From positions 1 through 31,404 of the forward strand of contig JAKQWJ010000073.1 in the NCBI GenBank assembly GCA_029562045.1: a DNA stretch of 31,404 nt. The letters run 5' to 3'. A program made the position numbers and the translations under genes. The DNA comes from Spirochaetota bacterium (GTDB lineage: Bacteria; Spirochaetota; Spirochaetia; DTKZ01). Below, piece after piece: positions 24,362 through 31,404 of the stretch (position 1 is its first letter; the number at the start of each line of letters is the position of its first letter). Under the pieces are notes generated by a model. That model did not search any database. It was not told where the DNA came from and worked only from the letters and a program-made list of their open reading frames with translations.

Positions 24362-25329
24362 GTCTTCTCCGGCTCGGACACGGCGCACGGAAAACGGAAC
24401 GCCCCGCACTGCGGGCGGTGGATCTCCTGTTCATCGCCTTCCACCTGACCCTGTCGGCGGTCATCCTGATCTTCCCGTCCCGTGTTCCGTTCCTGCCGTT
24501 CCTTCTGGCTTACAACGCCGCCCTGATCCTTGTCATTCCGTTCATCGCCGGGAAGGCCTCGGAGGCCCGGGGGGGGATATACCCGGCCCTTCACCTCTTC
24601 TATCCGGCGCTCTTCATCGTCCCCACCTACAAACAGATCTACCTTCTGGTCCCCGCCGTTCGCCCGGGTCTCTACGACCATGTCCTCATCGCCGCGGATC
24701 GGTTCATCTTCGGGGGGGATCCGTCGGCGGCCCTGCACCGGATCGCGAACCCGGTGCTGACGGAGTTCCTGCAGGTCTCCTACGCCTCGTTCTACTTTCT
24801 TCCGCTGCTCCTGATCCTGTCCATGGCCCGGAAAGGACGTCGGGAGGCGATGGAGTATGTGATCTTCTGCGTGGTGTACGGTTTCTTCCTGTCCTATCTG
24901 GGGTACTTCATTCTGCCGGCGGTGGGACCCCGGTTCAGCCTCCATGATTTCACCGCCATCGACACGGATCTGCCGGGCCTTTTTTTGACAGGGCCCATCC
25001 GGGACTTCGTCAACTGGGGCGCCTCCGCCTCGTCCGGCGACCCCGGGGCGGTCCTGGTGGTGCAGCGGGACGTGTTCCCCAGCGGCCACACCCTGGTGAC
25101 CCTGGTCACTCTGTACTCCGCCTTCCGGCTGCGGACCCGCCTGCGTTTCGTGCTGTTCCCGGTGGGGGTTCTATTGATCGTCTCCACCGTCTACCTCCGC
25201 TACCACTACGGGGTGGACGTTGTGGGAGGCTTCGTCTTTTTCCTTTTCACCATGGGAACCGGGCGGCTCATCTACAACGGCCGTCAGAAGAGGCGGGGCC
25301 TTCCCCCCTTCCGCTGGGACCGATCCTGA
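24358..25329 (+). CDS. PAP2-superfamily (PAP2_3 / Aur1-IPC-synthase-like) membrane phosphatase or phosphotransferase
   Basis: L..AD..IFG, PAVGPRF, DVFPSGH (C2) and STVYLRYHYGVDV (C3); start GTG 24358 in a GTGA overlap. Confidence 0.85.
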   Translation: MSLLRLGHGARKTERPALRAVDLLFIAFHLTLSAVILIFPSRVPFLPFLLAYNAALILVIPFIAGKASEARGGIYPALHLFYPALFIVPTYKQIYLLVPAVRPGLYDHVLIAADRFIFGGDPSAALHRIANPVLTEFLQVSYASFYFLPLLLILSMARKGRREAMEYVIFCVVYGFFLSYLGYFILPAVGPRFSLHDFTAIDTDLPGLFLTGPIRDFVNWGASASSGDPGAVLVVQRDVFPSGHTLVTLVTLYSAFRLRTRLRFVLFPVGVLLIVSTVYLRYHYGVDVVGGFVFFLFTMGTGRLIYNGRQKRRGLPPFRWDRS

Positions 25330-25342
25330 CCCGCCGGAGTCC

Positions 25343-26038
25343 TCACTTCTTCCAGCCCATCGCTTCCAGCTGCGTCACCAGGTGCCGCCGGAAAGCGACG
25401 ACCGTCGCGCCGGACCTCATCAGAGCCACCCCGTCCTCCAGGGAGGCCACCCCTCCCGAAGCCTTGATGCCCAGCTCGGGGCCCACGGTTTCCCGGATAC
25501 GCTCGATGATCCCGCTGGTGGCCCGACCGGGGCCGAAGCCGGTGCAGGTCTTGACGAAATCCGCCCCCGAATCCTTGACCAGCTTCGCCGCAGTGACGAT
25601 CTCCTCCTCCGTCAGGATACCCACCTCGATGATGACCTTGAAGGGCACCCTGAAAGGCCGGGCCACCTTCATGACCTCGGCGATGTCTTCCGTCACTTTC
25701 CGGTAATCACCGCTCTTGAATGCGCCCAGGTTCATGACCATGTCCAGGTCGGTGGCGCCCCGAGCCAGCCCCTCCTCGGCCTCGGCGCACTTTACCCGGG
25801 TGGTGACGTTGCCCGACGGGAAACCCACGGCGATCTGAGCCCGCACTCCCGTTCCCTTCACCGCGTCCGCCTGGACCCCCAGGTTCCAGGGAAAGGCCAC
25901 TACGGCGCGAAACCCGTATGTGATCCCGTCCTGGGCGGCGGCCAGCGCCTCCTTCGGGCCCGCATGCAGGGTCAGGGCCTCCGAGTAGTCCACACAGGCC
26001 ACCAGCTTGGCGATTTCCTCTTTCGTTACGGTCCACAT
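25343..26038 (-). CDS. deoC: DeoC/DERA-family class I aldolase, divergent
   Basis: VGFPSG, GA.DLDMVMN, KVIIE...L, GADFVKT.TGF (Schiff-base Lys), GIKASGGV; N- and C-terminal motifs are atypical. Confidence 0.8.
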   Translation of the reverse strand: MWTVTKEEIAKLVACVDYSEALTLHAGPKEALAAAQDGITYGFRAVVAFPWNLGVQADAVKGTGVRAQIAVGFPSGNVTTRVKCAEAEEGLARGATDLDMVMNLGAFKSGDYRKVTEDIAEVMKVARPFRVPFKVIIEVGILTEEEIVTAAKLVKDSGADFVKTCTGFGPGRATSGIIERIRETVGPELGIKASGGVASLEDGVALMRSGATVVAFRRHLVTQLEAMGWKK

Positions 26039-26140
26039 ACGGGCTTCTCCTTGCGACGATCCGTCGGATGATTCTTTCGTCCGGCCCCCCCGGGATTGGT
26101 CGACCGGGCTGCGGACGCCGGGGGTGCGTTCCGAGGATCC

Positions 26141-26169
26141 ATTATAGAAGGGAAAGATCCGGCGCGCAA
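26141..26169 (-). promoter_or_regulatory. sigma70 promoter of the deoC-like gene
   Basis: TTGCGC-17-TATAAT, about 95-nt leader. Confidence 0.7.
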
Positions 26170-26317
26170 GGAAAAACGGATTGCCGCCGCCACCGGCGGC
26201 GGCAAACCCGGCGGCACGGGGGGGGCCGGAGCCGCCCCGTGGGGATCTCCAGGCGGTCCGGGTGGGGTGTTCCGGGCGGCCCGCCCCGTGCCGCCGGCGC
26301 CGAAGAGGGAGGGGCTC

Positions 26318-27127
26318 CTATGCCCCGGCGCCCGGAGACCGGCCTTTGTCCTCTCCCCCCTGCGCCGGGTCCTGGAGGAAAAACGCCGCCAGAAGCCTGT
26401 ACACCCCGGGAAAGACCCGGAGCAGCCGGTGGGGACGATCGAAGAAATACTCGCACATAACGGCGAAGAACTCCACCGGGTCCTGGGTGGCGTAGGAGTC
26501 CAGCCGTCCCTGCAGGAGACTCCGCCCGGGACGGCGGGAATCGGCGGACGTCGTCAGGGAATCGAAGGCCTGGGAAAAAGTCCGCCGCCAGAGGTCGGGA
26601 TCGATCCGTCCCTCCAGCGGAGGCATACCGTCCAGAGCGCCGTTCCGCCGGTCGATCTTGTGGGCCATTTCGTGTATCACCACGTTGTATCCGCCTCCGG
26701 CGTCCAGAACGTCCGATACCGAAAGAACCACCGGCCCGAGCTCCAGAACCTCCCCCGCCGCCCGGTCGCTGTACTCGTGGACGACGCCGCTGTCGTCCAC
26801 CTCCCGTTTTTCCACCCGGTACTCCCGGGGAGTCAGGATGAGGGAGCTCCAGTCGTCGTACCACCGGATGCCCAGCTCGAGGATGGGGAGGCATGCATAG
26901 GCGGCTATGAGGATCCGGATTTCCTCCGGGACATCCGCCCCCGGGGGCTCGTGAAAATCCTTTTCGGCGAGAAAAATCGACGACAGGTCCCGGAGAAGTT
27001 CCCCCTGGGAGGCGCCCAGACGCCGGAATATGGGCCGGCCTTCCACCGCCTTTCTCCAGTGACGGTCGCCGATCCGGCAGGTCTCCAGGATCCGCCGATG
27101 CCGGCGCCGAACAAAAAAGGGGAGCAT
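26318..27127 (-). CDS. M90-family zinc metallopeptidase (MtfA/YeeI-like)
   Basis: IAAYACLPIL, GVVHE, AGE, GPVVLS, NVVIHEMAHKID (HEXXH), DGMP, YA...P.EFFAV.CEYFF; start moved to ATG 27127. Confidence 0.92.
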   Translation of the reverse strand: MLPFFVRRRHRRILETCRIGDRHWRKAVEGRPIFRRLGASQGELLRDLSSIFLAEKDFHEPPGADVPEEIRILIAAYACLPILELGIRWYDDWSSLILTPREYRVEKREVDDSGVVHEYSDRAAGEVLELGPVVLSVSDVLDAGGGYNVVIHEMAHKIDRRNGALDGMPPLEGRIDPDLWRRTFSQAFDSLTTSADSRRPGRSLLQGRLDSYATQDPVEFFAVMCEYFFDRPHRLLRVFPGVYRLLAAFFLQDPAQGGEDKGRSPGAGA

Positions 27128-27135
27128 CGGGAAGG

Positions 27136-27164
27136 AGTCTATCACGGCGCCCCGGGGGGAACAA
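27136..27164 (-). promoter_or_regulatory. sigma70 promoter of the M90 peptidase (near-leaderless geometry)
   Basis: TTGTTC-17-TAGACT with extended -10 TGa, then 8 nt to ATG 27127; no SD. Confidence 0.65.
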
Positions 27165-27224
27165 GATCCGGTTTTAGCCGCCGGCGCCCCGGGACCTGCT
27201 GCCGTCACCGTGCAGGCGAGGCCA

Positions 27225-27254
27225 TTGACATTATTGATACTATTTTAGTACCTT
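27225..27254 (+). promoter_or_regulatory. sigma70 promoter of wrbA with an embedded palindrome
   Basis: TTGACA-18-TACCTT; TACTA-TTT-TAGTA (27238-27250) lies in the spacer and overlaps the -10. Confidence 0.55.
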
Positions 27255-27276
27255 TTGCCCATCGAGGAGGAATCGT

Positions 27277-27894
27277 GTGAAGATCAACATCATTTTTCAT
27301 TCTCTGTATGGGCACATGGCCAGGATGGCCGAAGCGGCGGCGGAGGGCGCCCGACAGGTTCCGGGGGCGGAGGTGACACTGTTCCGGGTGCCGGAGACCC
27401 TTCCCCCGGACATCATCGCGGCCATGGGCGCCTCCGAGGCCCAGAAGGCAATGTCCCATTACCCTGTCGCCACGGTGGACAATCTGTCCGAAGCGGACGC
27501 CGTGATTTTCGGTGTCCCCACCCGGTTCGGCAACATGTGCGCCCAGATGCGCAGCTTCCTGGACGCCACGGGAGCGATCTGGGCGAAGGGGGCGCTCATC
27601 GGCAAGGTGGGCAGCGTCATGTCCAGCTCGGCCACCCAGCACGGCGGCCAGGAGTCCACGATTCTGACGACCCATGTGACGCTGCTGCACCACGGCATGA
27701 TTCTGGTGGGTCTGCCCTACTCCTTTGCGGGTCAGTCGCGGATCGACGAGGTCTCAGGCGGCTCTCCCTACGGCGCCTCCACCATCACCGGACCCAAGGG
27801 GGAACGGATGCCCAGCCGCAACGAGCTGGACGCCGCGATCTTCCAGGGGAAGCGGGTGGCGGAAATAACCGCGAAGCTGACGGCCAAAAAGTAG
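27277..27894 (+). CDS. wrbA: NAD(P)H:quinone oxidoreductase WrbA
   Basis: SLYGHMA.MAEA, RVPET, DAVIFGVPTRFGNM.AQMRSFLDATG, QHGGQE.T, GGSPYGAST; GTG start after SD GAGGAGG. Confidence 0.96.
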   Translation: MKINIIFHSLYGHMARMAEAAAEGARQVPGAEVTLFRVPETLPPDIIAAMGASEAQKAMSHYPVATVDNLSEADAVIFGVPTRFGNMCAQMRSFLDATGAIWAKGALIGKVGSVMSSSATQHGGQESTILTTHVTLLHHGMILVGLPYSFAGQSRIDEVSGGSPYGASTITGPKGERMPSRNELDAAIFQGKRVAEITAKLTAKK

Positions 27895-27933
27895 GAAATG
27901 ACGGCTTCCCCGGGCGCTGCTCCGCAGCGCCCG

Positions 27934-28087
27934 GACTCGGCGGCCCGGCCCCATGAGCTGCGGCCGCCTGACTCGGCGGCCCGGCCCCATGAGCTGCGGC
28001 CGCCTGACTCGGCGGCCCGTCCCCATGAGCTGCGGCTGCCTGACTCGGCGACCCGGCCCCATGAGCTGCTGCCGCCTGACTCGGCGG
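27934..28087. repeat. 36-bp tandem repeat, 4 full copies plus a partial
   Basis: Unit GACTCGGCGGCCCGGCCCCATGAGCTGCGGCCGCCT at 27934, 27970, 28006 and 28042, partial at 28078; only point differences, no spacers. Confidence 0.93.
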
Positions 28088-28110
28088 AAGCCGGCGGCAA
28101 CGGACCGCTG

Positions 28111-28184
28111 CCGCCGACAGCCTATGTCCGCCGACAGCCTGTGTCCGCCGACAGCCTGCGTCCGCCGACAGCCTGCGTCCGCCG
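28111..28184. repeat. 17-bp tandem repeat, 4 full copies plus a partial
   Basis: Unit CCGCCGACAGCCT(A/G)(T/C)GT at 28111, 28128, 28145 and 28162, partial at 28179. Confidence 0.93.
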
Positions 28185-28229
28185 GCCGACTGTCGCCGGC
28201 CCGCTCTTTCGGGTCCCGGGGGCGGATCG

Positions 28230-28946
28230 CTACAGGAACCCCATCCGGGACAGGATGATCGAGGCCCCGACAAGGGCCGCCGACTCGGTGCGCAGAATCC
28301 TCTCCCCCATGCGGAGAAAAACGAAACCCGCCGCGGAAAACAGGTCCAGTTCCCGGTCGGTCCAGCCTCTTTCGGGACCCACCGCCAGAACCGCCGAACC
28401 CGCCCGGGGCCGGCAGCGGCCGGCGGACAGTTCCCCCCGTTGGGGGTCCAGGACGAAACGGTCCCAGTCCCGAGGCAGCTCCGCCAGACAGGCTTCCAGC
28501 CCATGGTGGAGCCTCACCTGGGGGAGCAGTGTGGTCCCCGCCTGCTGGGCCCCCTCCAGAAGACTCCGGCGGCGCTCCTCCTGTTCCCAGACCCGGCTCT
28601 GCAGATAGGATTTCTCCCCCAGCTCCGCCGTCACGAAGTGCAGGGCCCGCGCTCCGAGACTGGTCAGGTCTTTCAGGAGCCTCCGGGTCACCAGCGGACG
28701 GGGAGCGCCGACGATCAGCTCCAGGGGCAGAAGCGGCGGGGCTTCCCCCCGGGGTGTGTAGCGGAAAAACACCTCGTCCCCCTGGATCCCCTGGATGACG
28801 ATCTCGCCGATTCCGCCTCCCACGATGCCAGCCGCGAACCCGTCTCCCCTCCGGGCATGGAGGACCTTCCGCAGATGCAGGCCCCGGGGGTCCCCCGGCG
28901 GGAGGGGCCGGGACAGCTCCTCTTCCTCGAAGAGAATGATATTCAT
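28230..28946 (-). CDS. rsmE: 16S rRNA (uracil1498-N3)-methyltransferase RsmE
   Basis: HLRKVL, LIVGAPRP, LTSLG, GAQQAG, LAVGPERGWT..E, MGERILRTESA (SPOUT); start ATG 28946 in an ATGA overlap with the TetR stop. Confidence 0.9.
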   Translation of the reverse strand: MNIILFEEEELSRPLPPGDPRGLHLRKVLHARRGDGFAAGIVGGGIGEIVIQGIQGDEVFFRYTPRGEAPPLLPLELIVGAPRPLVTRRLLKDLTSLGARALHFVTAELGEKSYLQSRVWEQEERRRSLLEGAQQAGTTLLPQVRLHHGLEACLAELPRDWDRFVLDPQRGELSAGRCRPRAGSAVLAVGPERGWTDRELDLFSAAGFVFLRMGERILRTESAALVGASIILSRMGFL

Positions 28947-29515
28947 CGGGGATCGGCGGAGAGAAAAAACCGTCCGATATGGTCCAGCGGAGGTTTGGGG
29001 ACTCCCAGGAGGTTCTGGATCAGAAGCCCGTAGATTGCCGCCAGGACGATCCCGGACAGGATGGCGTTGTCCCCTCCGCCGGGACGGATCCGGTCCAGGC
29101 CCTCCTGTATCATGCTCCGCCATTTTTCGTATTCGTCGCAGAAGCGTTTGCGCAGCTGTTCGGAGGTCAGGGCTTCGAGAATGAGGTAGAGGTGAATCTG
29201 TCCCCGGGAGCGGGCCTTGAGGATCGTGTCGAAGACGATTTTCAGAATGTCCTCGGCGGGTTTTTCCTCCCGGCTCTTCTCGACCCAGTCGATTATTTTC
29301 CGGGTCATGTGGTTCATGCTCTGCTCGGTGATGTCGAAGATCAGGTCTCCCTTGGAGGGGTAGTAATAGTACAGGGTGCCCTTGCTGATCTTGACCGCCT
29401 CGGCGATGTCGGCGAGGCTGATGTAGGCCACCCCCTTCTCCTTCATGAGCCGCGTCGCCGCCACGAGGATCCGTTCCCGGTTGGTTTTAGTGGTCTTCTT
29501 CTCCCTTCGCCCCAT
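28943..29515 (-). CDS. TetR/AcrR-family transcriptional regulator
   Basis: Hidden in the C-terminal part of track ORF 28943..31027. RERILVAATRLM..KG...ISLADIAEAVKISKGTLYYYYPSKGDL is a classic TetR HTH. Confidence 0.93.
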   Translation of the reverse strand: MGRREKKTTKTNRERILVAATRLMKEKGVAYISLADIAEAVKISKGTLYYYYPSKGDLIFDITEQSMNHMTRKIIDWVEKSREEKPAEDILKIVFDTILKARSRGQIHLYLILEALTSEQLRKRFCDEYEKWRSMIQEGLDRIRPGGGDNAILSGIVLAAIYGLLIQNLLGVPKPPLDHIGRFFLSADPR

Positions 29516-29521
29516 GGGGGC

Positions 29522-29550
29522 AGTATACGGACCGCCGGGAGGGATGTCAA
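29522..29550 (-). promoter_or_regulatory. sigma70 promoter of tetR-rsmE (leaderless geometry)
   Basis: TTGACA-17-TATACT, then 6 nt (GCCCCC) to ATG 29515; no SD. Confidence 0.88.
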
Positions 29551-29749
29551 CGCGGCATTCGGCCGGCGGCCGATGGAACGGCGGTTTCTCCCGGGGAGCC
29601 ATGGGGCTTCCCCCGGCCAGGGCGGCGCGATACTCCGACCCGGAGCGCGGCCGTTTCCGGGGCTTCCGCGACGGAAGCGTATCAAATGTTACCGCTTTTT
29701 CCGCTGCCCGGGTTATACTGAAGATCACACTATTCCAACGGAGGCAGAA

Positions 29750-30937
29750 ATGAGGAAGATAACCGATGCCGTCACCTGGGTCGGAAAGATCGACTGGGAA
29801 CTGCGGCGGTTCCACGGGGATGAGTACTCCACCCATCGGGGCTCCAGCTACAACGCCTATCTGGTCCGGGACGAGAAAACCGTCCTCATCGACGGGGTCT
29901 GGCAGCCCTTCGCCCAGGAGTTCGTCCGGGAACTGGAAAAGACCATCGACCTGAAAAAGATCGACTATATCGTGGCGAACCACGCGGAGATCGACCACTC
30001 CGGGTCCCTGCCGGAACTGCTGAAAAAAATTCCCGGCACCCCCGTCTACTGCACGGCCAACGCCGTCAAATCCCTGAAGGGGCACTACCATGAAGACTGG
30101 AACTTTCAGGTGGTGAAGACCGGCGACAAACTGAGCCTGGGAAAGCGGGAACTGGTGTTCGTCGAAGCCCCCATGCTGCACTGGCCGGACAGCATGATGT
30201 GCTATCTCACCGGGGAGGAGATTCTCTTCAGCAACGACGCCTTCGGCCAGCACTACGCCAGCGAGTTCATGTACAACGACCTGGTGGACCAGAACGAGCT
30301 TTTCACCGAGGCCATAAAGTATTACGCCAACATCCTGACCCCCTTCAGCTCCTTCGTGGTCAAAAAAATCGAGGAAGTCCTGTCCTTCAATCTGCCGCTG
30401 AAGATGATCTGCCCCAGCCACGGGATCATCTGGCGGGACAACCCGGCGCAGATCGTCCACAAGTATCTGGAATGGGCCAAGGCCTACAAGGAGAACCGGA
30501 TCGCCCTGTTCTACGACACCATGTGGGAGGGAACCCGGCGGCTCGCCGAAGCCATCGCCGCGGGGATACGGAAGGAGGACCCCAAAACCGAGGTCCGGCT
30601 CTATAACCTGGCCAAGACGGACAAGAACGACGCCATCACCGAACTTTTCCGGGCCAAGGCGATCCTGGTGGGCTCCCCCACCATCAACCGGGGGATCCTC
30701 ACCGCTCTGGCGGCCTTCATCGAAGAGGTGAAGGGCCTGGGGTTCAAGGACAAGAAGGCCGCCGCCTTCGGCTGCTACGGCTGGAGCGGCGAGGGGGTCA
30801 AGCTCATATCCGAGCACCTGAAAGCCTGCGGCTTCGAGCTGGTGAACGACGGGATCCGCGCCCTGTGGAACCCCGACGAAGCCGCCCGATCGGAAGGGGA
30901 AAAGTTCGGGGCCGCCTTCGCCAGGGCCGTAAAATAA
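29750..30937 (+). CDS. fprA: Flavodiiron protein (FprA, class A: metallo-beta-lactamase plus flavodoxin)
   Basis: GSSYNAYLV, NHAEIDHSG, APMLHWPDSM, SNDAFGQH, CPSHG, YDTMWEGT, GSPTIN, FGCYGWSGE; start ATG 29750 after SD GGAGG. Confidence 0.95.
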   Translation: MRKITDAVTWVGKIDWELRRFHGDEYSTHRGSSYNAYLVRDEKTVLIDGVWQPFAQEFVRELEKTIDLKKIDYIVANHAEIDHSGSLPELLKKIPGTPVYCTANAVKSLKGHYHEDWNFQVVKTGDKLSLGKRELVFVEAPMLHWPDSMMCYLTGEEILFSNDAFGQHYASEFMYNDLVDQNELFTEAIKYYANILTPFSSFVVKKIEEVLSFNLPLKMICPSHGIIWRDNPAQIVHKYLEWAKAYKENRIALFYDTMWEGTRRLAEAIAAGIRKEDPKTEVRLYNLAKTDKNDAITELFRAKAILVGSPTINRGILTALAAFIEEVKGLGFKDKKAAAFGCYGWSGEGVKLISEHLKACGFELVNDGIRALWNPDEAARSEGEKFGAAFARAVK

Positions 30938-30939
30938 GA

Positions 30940-31058
30940 CCGCCCGGGCGGCTTGCCCGCCTGGGGAGATACCTCTCCGTCCCGGGCGGCTTGCCCGCCT
31001 GGAGGCTTGCCTGCCCGGAGGCCTCACCCGCCCCGGGGCGGGCGAGCCGCCCGGGCGG
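30940..31058. repeat. Composite element: 22-bp terminal inverted repeats plus an internal direct copy
   Basis: 30940-30961 CCGCCCGGGCGGCTTGCCCGCC is the reverse complement of 31037-31058 with 1 mismatch; 30943-30964 is directly repeated at 30981-31002. Confidence 0.8.
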
Positions 31059-31063
31059 CGCCG

Positions 31064-31404
31064 CTATTTCCGGAAAGTCCGCAGACGCAGGGCGTTGGTC
31101 ACCACCGAAACCGAACTCAGCGACATGGCCGCGGCGGCGAACATGGGGCTCAGAAGGGGGCCGCCGAAGGCGTGGAGAAGCCCCGCCGCCACGGGTATGC
31201 CCAGAACATTGTACCCGAAGGCCCAGAAGAGGTTCTGCCTGATGTTCCGCAGAGAGGCCCGGGAGAGCCGCACCGCGGTGTCCACATCCCGCAGATCCCC
31301 CCGCATCAGGACGATGTCGGCGCTCTCCACCGCCACGTCGGCGCCGCCCCCCACGGCGATGCCCACGTCCGCCTGGGCCAGGGCGGGGGCGTCGTTGATG
31401 CCGT
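31064..31404 (-). CDS. copA: Heavy-metal P1B-type ATPase, probably Cu(I) (CopA-like); 3' part only
   Basis: [16 protein letters not shown] hinge, [10 protein letters not shown] (YN) and [19 protein letters not shown] (MxxSS) are P1B-1 signatures; the ORF continues beyond the window. Confidence 0.88.
   Translation of the reverse strand, partial: GINDAPALAQADVGIAVGGGADVAVESADIVLMRGDLRDVDTAVRLSRASLRNIRQNLFWAFGYNVLGIPVAAGLLHAFGGPLLSPMFAAAAMSLSSVSVVTNALRLRTFRK

Noticed and set aside
27934-28087. Possible CRISPR array (36-bp repeats)
   Set aside because: The repeats are head-to-tail with no unique spacers, there is no leader, and no cas gene is in the window
27898-28608. 236-aa ORF with RPPDSAARPHEL repeats
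   Set aside because: It is a translation of the 36-bp tandem array and runs antisense into rsmE; low-complexity composition and no support as a protein
28943-31027. 694-aa minus-strand ORF suggesting a large TetR fusion
   Set aside because: Only 28943-29515 is real (TetR with its own promoter directly before the ATG); the rest is the antisense shadow of fprA
1-31404. rRNA, tRNA, known riboswitches, transposases, integrases, prophage genes
   Set aside because: None recognisable; the intergenic spaces are short and explained by promoters, terminators or repeats

Overview
GC-rich (about 65% by eye) bacterial chromosomal window, probably a spirochaete (inferred from the look of the proteins, not from a search). 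It has about 34 genuine CDSs and no rRNA, tRNA, CRISPR array or transposase. Recognisable content: nfeD-floA; a hexuronate operon (uxuB-like SDR, uxaC, uxaE); ndk-pepF-gpsA; gpgS; two Hsp20 genes; a DeoC-like aldolase; wrbA; rsmE; a flavodiiron protein; and the 3' end of a Cu(I) P-type ATPase. The most striking element is a five-gene minus-strand operon (8473-12438): cstA, a Met-rich 97-aa protein, a single-domain ArsA/Get3 ATPase, a membrane-anchored protein and a DUF59 protein. The membrane-anchored protein matches by eye the core of eukaryotic CCDC47 (PAT-complex chaperone), which suggests a bacterial Get3/PAT-like biogenesis or energising module for a CstA transporter. Other leads: a degenerate ParB-like gene coupled to an SPL-like radical SAM enzyme lacking the H-donor Cys; an M20 pseudo-peptidase coupled to gpgS; a sigma54 promoter with paired enhancer-like sites ahead of the Hsp20 genes; at least five apparently leaderless genes; an unannotated 32-aa membrane ORF; and several tandem or inverted repeat arrays between convergent genes. 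All family calls come from motif recognition by eye; no database search was run.
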